From Sphingobacteriales bacterium (GTDB lineage Bacteria > Bacteroidota > Bacteroidia > Chitinophagales > Saprospiraceae), in assembly GCA_900299495.1 (NCBI GenBank), contig OMKD01000127.1, positions 1 to 42,928 on the forward strand: a DNA stretch of 42,928 bases. Reading direction: 5' to 3'. Below are positions 17,665 to 25,415 of the stretch, piece after piece (position 1 is the first letter of the stretch; each line of letters starts with the position of its first letter). The translations under genes and the position numbers were made by a program. Below the pieces are notes generated by a model that was not told the DNA's origin, made no database searches, and saw only the letters and a program-made list of their open reading frames with translations.

Positions 17665-19947
17665 ATGAAAAACTTCAAAATATATATACTAGCAAGTGTG
17701 TGCTTGCTAACTCAATTTTTTGCACATGGACAGCAGGATATGAACTTATATCAGTTCAGAGAACTAAACCAAAGTTCTTACCTGAATCCTGCATTTAGTG
17801 GAGATCATAAGGTTTCCATAGGTCTACCTGCGCTTTCTTCCTTTTATTTCGCCTATAACAATAATGCCTTCAGTGCAAGTGATATCTTATCTTCGGATTT
17901 GGACGTCAGCTTGAGCAAGGTTATAAACTTAGAAATTAGTACAAGTGAATTTGCGGATGCTTTAAGAAATCCAGCACAGATAACAAATTCACTTACAGAT
18001 AAGAATTATTTGATGACCAGCCTTCAGCTTGATTTGTTTCATTTGCAGATTAATAAGGGTCAGCATTCATTTGGATTTAACATCACAGAAAAGGTAAATG
18101 GAATGATTATTTTTCCTAAGAGTCTTTTTGAGTTGATTCAAAATGGAAATGGAGGTGAAAATCTAGGACAAACAATTTCCATCAATGGTCTTGGTCCTGA
18201 TTTTAATCACTATCGTGAATTCGGACTATCCTATGGCAGAACAGTAAATAGCAAGCTTACAGTTGGAGGTCGTTTTAAGATACTCAGCGGTATGGAAAAT
18301 GTGTCATTTTCTAAAAGCCACTTGGGATGGACAACAGATGAACTAGATTATAGCTGGGATATTACTGGATCATATGCACTAAATACCTCAGGTGTAAAAG
18401 GTGGAATGACTTTTGAAAATCTTCTAATGGGGAGAGGAAACAGAGGTTTCGGAATTGACTTGGGCGCTAGTTATAATCTGAATGATGATATTAATATTTC
18501 AGCTTCCATAACTGATCTTGGTTTCATCAATTGGTCGAATAATAACATGATTTATTCAACCGATGATTTCACATTTAACTATGATGGACTTGATCTTTTA
18601 CAATTAAATGATTCAACCGAGATAGGTGATTTAGTAACTGAAATTTATGAAAGTGCTATTGATTCCGTAAATGGCCAAATGGATTCTACTTCAGTTTATA
18701 CTACTAGACTACACCCTAGAGTAATGCTGGGAGCCAATTATAATGTGAATGAAAAGCTAAATGTTGGATTATTATTACATGGCCAATTTTATGGTCCTGT
18801 AACCAAGTATGGAGCTTCAGTTTCAGCGAACTATAAGGTGTTTAACGCATTATCTGCTATTGCCTCTTATACGGTTACTGATAAATCCTACAATAATGTA
18901 GGCTTAGGTATCATGTTTGATAAGAACCCTGTTCAGATTTATGCTGTAACTGATAATATATTAGGTCTTAAGCTTGAGAATACAAAAAACTTGCATGCAA
19001 GAGTTGGCGTTAACCTTACCTTCGGTAATAGAAACCCTAAACCGGTTGATAATAAGCTTACTAATGAAGCTGAGGCAATGTTAACCAGCAATGAAGAAGC
19101 TAATGAAATGCAAACGGATACGGTTGTGATTAGAGAAATCGAAGTGCTTCCTCCTGTTGAGGAGAAGCCAGCAGTGAAGGCTTCATTTGACTTATATGGA
19201 GAGGTTGTTGATGCAGAGACTAACCTCGAGTTGACGGGCATAATTGTGGAGGTATACAAGAAGGAGATTGGAGGTGTTGAAACTTTATCTTCAAATAGAC
19301 CATATAATTCAGGAAACTTCCTGAAGCAATTGGATCGTAATGCTATTCACAGAATCGTAATCAAGAAATCAGGTTATGAGGATGGTGAATTATTTGTATT
19401 CCCGGACGACATAGGTGATATGCCAGAATTAAGAGAGCTTATCATGCTTCAATCTAAAGAGATGAAGGTAGTAGAGGAATTACCAGAGACTACTTTGGTA
19501 TCTGCATATGAATTAACTTCAAGAACCAGTTTACGTGAAGAGGCAAGTTCTACTTCTGTTGTTTTAGAGCGTATTTCTGAAGGAACGCTTATGGAGCTTG
19601 TTGAAAAAACAAATAAGTACTGGTGGAAAGTTAATTTAAATGGAGTTGAAGGTTATGTAAAGGCTGCTTATTTGGTAGAATCAGATCAGCAAGTTTCTTC
19701 CTCTTCAAACGTAGAAACTCCGGTAAGAAATTATAGTTCCTCTTCATCAGAAATGGGAACAGGAAGCTATTATTTCCTTATCGAAAAGACGAGCCTAAGA
19801 GCAGAGGCAACTTCTTCTTCTGCAGTATTACTTAGGTTTGCAACTGGTGATGAGGTAGAACTTATCGACAAAACAAACAAGTACTGGTGGAAAGTAATCT
19901 TCAATGGTACGGTAGGTTATGTTAAAGCTGCTAAGCTAGAAGAATAA
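17665..19947 (+). CDS. PorP/SprF-like (or DUF5723-like) outer-membrane beta-barrel fused to an Ig-like (CarboxypepD_reg-like) domain and two SH3b domains
   Basis: A signal peptide is followed by QQDMNLYQFRELNQSSYLNPAFSG, which resembles the PorP/SprF N-terminal signature. About 430 aa of beta-strand-patterned sequence ends at ARVGVNLTFG. Next comes FDLYGEVVDAETNLELTGIIVEVY..., then two KTNKYWWKV...G.VGYVKAA.L SH3b units. Confidence 0.8.
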   Translation: MKNFKIYILASVCLLTQFFAHGQQDMNLYQFRELNQSSYLNPAFSGDHKVSIGLPALSSFYFAYNNNAFSASDILSSDLDVSLSKVINLEISTSEFADALRNPAQITNSLTDKNYLMTSLQLDLFHLQINKGQHSFGFNITEKVNGMIIFPKSLFELIQNGNGGENLGQTISINGLGPDFNHYREFGLSYGRTVNSKLTVGGRFKILSGMENVSFSKSHLGWTTDELDYSWDITGSYALNTSGVKGGMTFENLLMGRGNRGFGIDLGASYNLNDDINISASITDLGFINWSNNNMIYSTDDFTFNYDGLDLLQLNDSTEIGDLVTEIYESAIDSVNGQMDSTSVYTTRLHPRVMLGANYNVNEKLNVGLLLHGQFYGPVTKYGASVSANYKVFNALSAIASYTVTDKSYNNVGLGIMFDKNPVQIYAVTDNILGLKLENTKNLHARVGVNLTFGNRNPKPVDNKLTNEAEAMLTSNEEANEMQTDTVVIREIEVLPPVEEKPAVKASFDLYGEVVDAETNLELTGIIVEVYKKEIGGVETLSSNRPYNSGNFLKQLDRNAIHRIVIKKSGYEDGELFVFPDDIGDMPELRELIMLQSKEMKVVEELPETTLVSAYELTSRTSLREEASSTSVVLERISEGTLMELVEKTNKYWWKVNLNGVEGYVKAAYLVESDQQVSSSSNVETPVRNYSSSSSEMGTGSYYFLIEKTSLRAEATSSSAVLLRFATGDEVELIDKTNKYWWKVIFNGTVGYVKAAKLEE
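19495..19944 (+). repeat. tandem duplication encoding two SH3b domains (about 19495-19680 and 19762-19944)
   Basis: The protein units are TSLREEASSTSVVLERISEGTLMELVEKTNKYWWKVNLNGVEGYVKAAYL and TSLRAEATSSSAVLLRFATGDEVELIDKTNKYWWKVIFNGTVGYVKAAKL. The DNA shares AAAACAAAyAAGTACTGGTGGAAAGT. Confidence 0.75.
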
Positions 19948-19970
19948 CGGATATAACAATTATAGAATAG

Positions 19971-20001
19971 AAAAGCCGCTCATTATTGAGCGGCTTTTTT
20001 T
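19971..20001. terminator. bidirectional rho-independent terminator between convergent genes
   Basis: A4, stem GCCGCTCA (19975-19982), loop TTAT, stem TGAGCGGC (19987-19994), then T7. The T-run overlaps the minus-strand stop at 20000-20002. Confidence 0.85.
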
Positions 20002-21157
20002 ATAGTTGATGTTGATAGTTTCCTATACAATCTTTAGTAATTCTTTTTGCTCGTAGGTAGGTTTCTAGTCTATTAGAAGCAAATCGTTTACTGTTAGGAT
20101 CTAGACTCTGAATACGAACTTCTCCCGAAGCATGAATAAAGTCTAAACCTCCAAGGTAAACAGCAACGTGGGTAACCTTTTCTTTTTGATCTTCTGTGGC
20201 TTTTCTTCCGAAGAATAATAGATCTCCTTTTTGAAGCTGATCAAAATTCTTATCGGTATTTACCGCTTCTCCACATCTGACTTGTTGAGAGGCGTCTCTT
20301 GGGAGTTCTATACCATGGAGGAGAAATAGGGTTTTGGTATATCCACTGCAATCAAAGCCCTTAGTGGTTGCGCCGCCCCAAACATATGGGATTCCCATGT
20401 AGTCTTTGGCAAGATCTAAAAGGGATTCCGTATCAATTTCCATATTTTCCCAATAAGATGTTTTCAAATACTTGGCATCCTTTACAAAACCCTCTTGGCC
20501 ATCAGGAAGCCTTATTTGTATGGTGTTTGATTTAGATTCTCCAAGGATGCTTACAATATTGGCAGCAACTAATTCTGTAATAACCTGTCCAGATTCATCA
20601 TATACATCTCTGTTTTTGTTTAGTAAAAATGCACGATCTGAATTTGTCCATTCTTCTAGGCCTTCTGCTGAGATAGGAATAAATGAGAGGGATTCCATCC
20701 ACCCTAAATAACCATCTACCAATTGTACGTAGAACCAGTCATCTTGTTTTTTTAGGATTTTAATTGGCTGTCCCAGCAAACCCTGACTAACTAATTCAGA
20801 AGAATGTTTGGGTTGACCTCGAAGTTGTGCAGTGGAAACACTAATTAATCCAAAAGGCTGCTCTATATCTTTTCCTGGAAGTAATTGTATCGTGTATTTT
20901 ATACCCTGTTTATTAAACATCTCCTGAATGGACTTCAAAGTCTCTTCATCTGACAATGTTCCAGACCATTCACCATTGTCGCCTTTGCTTACATCAAAGA
21001 CACAAACTCTTTTATCAGGGCAATCAGATAATCTAAGCTCTTCTATAAACACCCCTGCATCAAACGAAGATTTGCTTGTTTCTTGTTCCTGATCAACCGT
21101 ACAGGAAAAGATCAGACTGATTAATAAAAGCGGATAAATTATATATGTTTTACTCAT
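20000..21157 (-). CDS. NlpC/P60 (C40) peptidoglycan endopeptidase lipoprotein with N-terminal SH3b domain(s), YkfC-like architecture
   Basis: Lipoprotein signal LISLIFSC. SH3b pattern is AQLRGQPKHSSELVSQGLLGQPIKILKKQDDWFYVQLVDGYLGWM. The catalytic Cys block is GFDCSGYTKTLF and the His block is THVAVYLG. Confidence 0.9.
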   Translation of the reverse strand: MSKTYIIYPLLLISLIFSCTVDQEQETSKSSFDAGVFIEELRLSDCPDKRVCVFDVSKGDNGEWSGTLSDEETLKSIQEMFNKQGIKYTIQLLPGKDIEQPFGLISVSTAQLRGQPKHSSELVSQGLLGQPIKILKKQDDWFYVQLVDGYLGWMESLSFIPISAEGLEEWTNSDRAFLLNKNRDVYDESGQVITELVAANIVSILGESKSNTIQIRLPDGQEGFVKDAKYLKTSYWENMEIDTESLLDLAKDYMGIPYVWGGATTKGFDCSGYTKTLFLLHGIELPRDASQQVRCGEAVNTDKNFDQLQKGDLLFFGRKATEDQKEKVTHVAVYLGGLDFIHASGEVRIQSLDPNSKRFASNRLETYLRAKRITKDCIGNYQHQL

Positions 21158-22706
21158 TGGTCTTGATGATTTTTATGCTGGTTTCTGTATTTGTTGTTCT
21201 AATATGGATGAAATATACACCTGCTTTCCAGTTTTGAGTTTCGATAGTCAGGTCTTTATTAAATTCATTTACAGCATTGTATATAGTTCTGCCTTGTGTA
21301 TCTAAAATAAGGATATTGGCATATTCTTCTTTATAATTGGTGATTTTTATATAATCATTAAACAGACTTGGATATACTTTTATTCCTTCTAACTTCTCAT
21401 TGTTTGAGGTGGATGTAGTTACTTCAACTTGAGCGATATTAGAATAAATGGATGTGTCTTGTTGGTTTGCAGCTAATACTCTGTATTCCAATACATCTGA
21501 ATTTACTGGTATATCATCTTCGAAACTCGTATTGTCTGTGCCATTAGTTGCAATAGGGTAAAAATATGCACTGTTTTCTTCTTTTCTTTCAATTATAAAA
21601 GTGGTTTCGTTATCGGATTGATCTGTCCAGTTAAGTGTGACTGTGTTGGGGTTAGTTAAAGCTGCATAGAGTTGAACGGGAGGTAGAATGTTTCCACAGG
21701 AATTCTCGATTTCGTATGAAATGCTATCTCTTAAACTAGGAAGAAGCGCATAAAGCATATCTCCAGGACATGCAGTTGCACATCCATCTTGATGACCAGA
21801 TACCACAAATAATTCCTCATCAGAAGGAGGATGGTATGATATACTTGTAGGATCCAGGTTTTCCTGGCAAGATTTCCACGCAAATAATCTTTTAAGCGTC
21901 TCCATAGACTGAGGTTTTGGATCTACATCTGTATAGGTACCAAGTATGCAGATACCCATTGTATTTCCATTTTTACCACAGAAGTGAGCGCCTTGTATAT
22001 TGTCAGCGCGTCCTTCGTAAATCACTCCATTAGGATCAATCAACCAATTGTATCCAATATCATCCCATCCATTGGTATTCACATGATAATTCCAGATTGA
22101 ATAGACTACTGCTGACCAGTCTGATGAGGTGTTGGCACCTGCGGTATGGTGCACAATGAGATGACTAACTTCCGTAATAATTGGAGTTATATCTACTGGA
22201 CAGTTTCCGTTTTGACACCATTGGTCTCTTCCTTTAAATGATGGCTGAGGGCAGGGGCAATCTCCCGAGGTTTTAGAATGGCGTACAGTAGGCAGTCCTT
22301 TTACAGATCGTTCTGGATAGAATAGATGTATTTCATCGTTGGAATCTACTGTATAGTTATTCAACTTTAGTTGAATTTTTTGAATGGAGTTTGGCAGAAA
22401 TATTAAGCTACTGATGTCTTGGCTTAAATCGGTATTGTGTATATCATTTGAAAGGTAAGACCAGGCTGACCAAGCGTTATCAGTCAAGTATCTATACTGG
22501 ATTTTATGAATACTATTTTTTTTGGTTTTTATGGCTAGCGTTACAAATGGGGATTCGTCCGCATCTGCGCGCAATGGTAAGTCTACAAAAGATCCATTGG
22601 TGGAAGTTTCCAAAGAAGACAAATCAGTGATGGACATCCTGTTTGAGTCTTGTCCAAAAAGAATGAGACTAAAAGACATCAGGCAAAAAAGAAAAAGGGA
22701 TTTCAT
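21150..22706 (-). CDS. N-acetylmuramoyl-L-alanine amidase (Amidase_2/PGRP type) with an FN3 domain and a type-A T9SS C-terminal sorting domain
   Basis: Signal peptide MKSLFLFCLMSFSLILFGQ. Amidase_2 blocks are LIVHHTAG, IGYNWLIDPNGVIYEGR and GHQDGCATACPG. The FN3-like block is VTLNWTDQSDNETTFIIERK. The Por_Secre_tail-like end is KVYPSLFNDYIKI...GVYFIHIRT. Its stop overlaps the next gene's start in ATGAGTAA. Confidence 0.9.
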   Translation of the reverse strand: MKSLFLFCLMSFSLILFGQDSNRMSITDLSSLETSTNGSFVDLPLRADADESPFVTLAIKTKKNSIHKIQYRYLTDNAWSAWSYLSNDIHNTDLSQDISSLIFLPNSIQKIQLKLNNYTVDSNDEIHLFYPERSVKGLPTVRHSKTSGDCPCPQPSFKGRDQWCQNGNCPVDITPIITEVSHLIVHHTAGANTSSDWSAVVYSIWNYHVNTNGWDDIGYNWLIDPNGVIYEGRADNIQGAHFCGKNGNTMGICILGTYTDVDPKPQSMETLKRLFAWKSCQENLDPTSISYHPPSDEELFVVSGHQDGCATACPGDMLYALLPSLRDSISYEIENSCGNILPPVQLYAALTNPNTVTLNWTDQSDNETTFIIERKEENSAYFYPIATNGTDNTSFEDDIPVNSDVLEYRVLAANQQDTSIYSNIAQVEVTTSTSNNEKLEGIKVYPSLFNDYIKITNYKEEYANILILDTQGRTIYNAVNEFNKDLTIETQNWKAGVYFIHIRTTNTETSIKIIKTNE

Positions 22707-22739
22707 ATATTTTTAGTTAAATATAAAAAAATCCCTTTT
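22693..22739 (-). terminator. extended hairpin that could terminate prfA; its 3' arm contains the first codons of the amidase gene
   Basis: Arms are AAAAGGGATTT (22693-22703) and AAATCCCTTTT (22729-22739), with an inner 7-bp AT helix (22706-22712 / 22719-22725). On the minus strand the stem is followed by TCTTTTTTG. The amidase ATG (22706-22704) lies inside the structure. Confidence 0.45.
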
Positions 22740-22764
22740 ATCCGTAGCTTGAATACTATTATGC

Positions 22765-23835
22765 TTAGCTCTCTTCTTGAGCTTTTAGTTTTTCAGTGTT
22801 TTCAGCAACCTGAAGTGCTTCAATCACATCATTTATATTTCCTTCTATAATCTTATCGAGACTATAAAGCGTCAAATTTATTCGGTGGTCCGTAACCCTG
22901 TTTTGTGGGTAATTATAGGTTCTGATTTTACCTGATCGGTCTCCTGAACCTACCAATGATTTACGTTTGCTTGCAACTTCATTTTCATGCTTTTCACGCT
23001 GAGCTTCATAAATCTTAGAGTATAGACGTTGAATTGCTATTTCTCTGTTTTTGATTTGAGAACGACCGTCTGTACTTTCAGCAACTATGCCTGTAGGAAG
23101 GTGCGTGAAACGAACACCGGATTCTGTTTTGTTTACGTGCTGCCCTCCTGCTCCACTCGATCTAAAGGTATCTACTTTAAGGTCAGCCTTATTGATATTA
23201 ATATCTTCCATTTCCAGTTTAGGCATAACAACTACTGTCGCAGCAGAGGTATGTACTCTACCCTGAGATTCAGTTTTTGGAACGCGCTGTACACGGTGAG
23301 CACCAGATTCGAATTTTAGAGTTCCATATACATTTTCTCCATTTACTTCTATAACGATCTTACTGTAACCTCCTACAGTACCTTCATTTATACTGACAAC
23401 TTCCGTTTTAAACCCTCTAATTTCAAAGTATTTGGAATACATTCTATATAGATCACCTGCAAAGATACTTGCCTCATCACCGCCAGTTCCTGAGCGTATT
23501 TCGAAAATTACATCTTTAGAATCTTCTGGGTCCTTAGGAATTAGAAGATATTTGATTTCTTCGTTTAGTTCAACTTCTTTTTTCTTTAAGGTAGAAAGCT
23601 CTTCTTTTGCCATCTCCTGCATTTCAGGATCGTCCTCTTTAAGCATTTCCTGGGCAGCTTCTATTCCTTCTACAGTCTCTTTGTAGATTTTATATGCTTC
23701 AACAATTTCCTTTAGTTCCTTGTAAGACTGACTGATCTTCTTATACTTATTCATGTCAGAAATGATCTCCGGATCAGACATCTGTTCTTCAAGGTTCAGG
23801 TATCTTGAATATATTTCCTCTAATTTATCGAGCAT
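22765..23835 (-). CDS. prfA: peptide chain release factor 1
   Basis: GGQ motif (SGAGGQHVNKTESG) and the RF1-specific PKT-type tripeptide context (RVPKTESQGRVHTS). The start is taken at MLDKLEEI (ATG complement 23833-23835). Confidence 0.95.
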   Translation of the reverse strand: MLDKLEEIYSRYLNLEEQMSDPEIISDMNKYKKISQSYKELKEIVEAYKIYKETVEGIEAAQEMLKEDDPEMQEMAKEELSTLKKKEVELNEEIKYLLIPKDPEDSKDVIFEIRSGTGGDEASIFAGDLYRMYSKYFEIRGFKTEVVSINEGTVGGYSKIVIEVNGENVYGTLKFESGAHRVQRVPKTESQGRVHTSAATVVVMPKLEMEDININKADLKVDTFRSSGAGGQHVNKTESGVRFTHLPTGIVAESTDGRSQIKNREIAIQRLYSKIYEAQREKHENEVASKRKSLVGSGDRSGKIRTYNYPQNRVTDHRINLTLYSLDKIIEGNINDVIEALQVAENTEKLKAQEES

Positions 23836-23864
23836 ATTAAGCTTATTTTTAGGATTTTGTCCGT

Positions 23865-23872
23865 TAAATTTG
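23865..23872 (+). promoter_or_regulatory. candidate -7 box (TAAATTTG) for tsaB
   Basis: Exact TAnnTTTG match about 82 nt upstream of the tsaB ATG, in the divergent prfA/tsaB spacer. Confidence 0.3.
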
Positions 23873-23895
23873 TGGCTTTTAGACAAAAAGCAAGG

Positions 23896-23903
23896 CAAAT
23901 ATA
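23896..23903 (-). promoter_or_regulatory. candidate -7 box (TATATTTG on the minus strand) for prfA
   Basis: Exact TAnnTTTG match about 61 nt upstream of the prfA ATG. Confidence 0.35.
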
Positions 23904-23953
23904 AGATTTATCGGTAAAGGATAGGTCTTTGTAAAAGTAGAATACCAAAAATA

Positions 23954-24646
23954 ATGGCGAACATTCTTAACATAGAAACCTCTTCTAAAATCTGTTCAGT
24001 AGCAGTTTCTTCATCAGATCAAATAATTGGTTCAGTGCTGGCTGAAGAAACATTTACACATGCAAGAGATCTTACCTCGTTGATTGAAGAACTATTGAAA
24101 CAGTGTGATATGAGTCTTAATGAGTTGGATGCTGTTGCAGTTAATTCAGGGCCTGGGTCGTATACTGCACTTCGTGTTGGATATTCTGTGGCTAAGGGCT
24201 TGTGCTTTGGATTGGACATTAAAATGATTGCTCATTCTTCTTTTGAAATTCTCTTTGAACAGTTCAAAATATTGGGATCAGGGGATAGTTATGATTGTGT
24301 TATTCCAATGATTGATGCACGAAGGGATGAGGTGTATATGGAAACCTTTGATTCTGATGGTTCTACTCTTACTGATGCTCAATCTTTTATTCTAGAAGAG
24401 GAAGCATTGAAAAAAAAGATTTCAACAAAAAAAAATATACTTATTATTGGGGATGCTGCTGAGAAGGCTAAGTTGCAATTGAAAGGAGCAGAATTTCACT
24501 TTATTCAATGTGAAATGGAGGCAGCACAAATGGCTGTTTTAAGCTGGTCTAAATATCAGGCAGGAAGCTTTGAAAATGTCGCATATACTATACCTTTCTA
24601 TCTAAAGCCACCTAATATCGTAGCATCTAAAAAGAAGTATTTCTAA
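23954..24646 (+). CDS. tsaB: tRNA N6-threonylcarbamoyladenosine (t6A) biosynthesis protein TsaB
   Basis: YeaZ/TsaB pattern: ILNIETSS...CSVAV, and GPGSYTALRVGYSVAKG. Confidence 0.9.
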   Translation: MANILNIETSSKICSVAVSSSDQIIGSVLAEETFTHARDLTSLIEELLKQCDMSLNELDAVAVNSGPGSYTALRVGYSVAKGLCFGLDIKMIAHSSFEILFEQFKILGSGDSYDCVIPMIDARRDEVYMETFDSDGSTLTDAQSFILEEEALKKKISTKKNILIIGDAAEKAKLQLKGAEFHFIQCEMEAAQMAVLSWSKYQAGSFENVAYTIPFYLKPPNIVASKKKYF

Positions 24647-24885
24647 GCAATACAAATATTTCTTTCACTAATATTTGCATTACACCCGACCTAGTAATTC
24701 TTTTAGCTCGAAAAAAAGCAAAATACAATACAATATGAAAAAATAATATTAATGATTGCCCACATTTAAGGTAAAAAAATTATTATTTTGTTTATAGCTT
24801 AAATACAGATAGCAAATTTATTCGCATAAGTAATAATTGTTATCGGAGCTACTTTACTAATGAGATTGCTATAAACACAACTATT

Positions 24886-25224
24886 ATGGGAAAACAGAAA
24901 GACGATTTTGTAGTCTTGAAAAAAGGGAAGAAAGATATCCCTATTGACTACAATGAAGTTCGAAAAGCGGTATTAGTCCTGAGGGCTATTAATCATGACC
25001 GCAGACAACAGATCATTCAGTTATTGGAGGAAAATGACAAGATGACTGTTACAGACATTTACATTAAGCTAAGACTGGAACAATCAGTTGCTTCTCAACA
25101 TCTGGCTATTTTAAGAAGAGCTCAGGTAGTAGTAACAGAAAGGAATGGTAAGTTTATTTACTATTCTTTGGACAAAGATAGATTAGTACAGATCTCTTCT
25201 TTTGTAGACGATATAAACGACTAA
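24886..25224 (+). CDS. ArsR/SmtB-type winged-helix regulator, cysteine-free (paralog 1)
   Basis: LRAINHDRRQQIIQLLEENDKMTVTDIYIKLRLEQSVASQHLAILRRAQVV...GKFIYYSL. There is no ELCVCD-type metal site and no Cys at all. Confidence 0.8.
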   Translation: MGKQKDDFVVLKKGKKDIPIDYNEVRKAVLVLRAINHDRRQQIIQLLEENDKMTVTDIYIKLRLEQSVASQHLAILRRAQVVVTERNGKFIYYSLDKDRLVQISSFVDDIND

Positions 25225-25332
25225 TCAGAATTAATCCAAACAAATCCATAGCATTGTTCTAGTTTCCCTAAGAGTCTTTTCGCAATTCTACACAACCCAC
25301 CATTATCAATTTGTTAACATATCTACGTCTGT

Positions 25333-25359
25333 GATTTATTAGTGTATATATAATAAATC
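25333..25359. promoter_or_regulatory. 9-bp inverted repeat upstream of the second ArsR-type gene (candidate operator)
   Basis: GATTTATTA (25333-25341), N9, TAATAAATC (25351-25359), ending 57 nt before the ATG. A degenerate look-alike (TTATT-N9-AATAA, 24818-24836) sits 50 nt before paralog 1. Both are AT-rich, so chance occurrence is possible. Confidence 0.3.
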
Positions 25360-25415
25360 CATACCATTAGGTATTTAATATGTACTATTTATAGAAATTC
25401 TAAAAGGAGACACCC

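Noticed and set aside
23836-23898. 21-aa N-terminal extension of the prfA ORF
   Set aside because: RF1 proteins begin near MLDKLEEI. The extension (MPCFLSKSHKFNGQNPKNKLN) has no counterpart and covers a -7-like promoter box.
24405-24440. A8 and A9 homopolymer runs inside tsaB, with similar A/T8 runs at 15404-15411 and 22516-23
   Set aside because: They encode Lys runs in frame in otherwise intact genes. There is no evidence of frameshifted alternative frames, and phase variation by slippage is not supported by anything else here.
24653-24677. Inverted repeat CAAATATT-N9-AATATTTG just after tsaB
   Set aside because: It consists almost entirely of A/T pairs, so the stem is of low stability and expected by chance in this AT-rich spacer. 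It is not called as a terminator.
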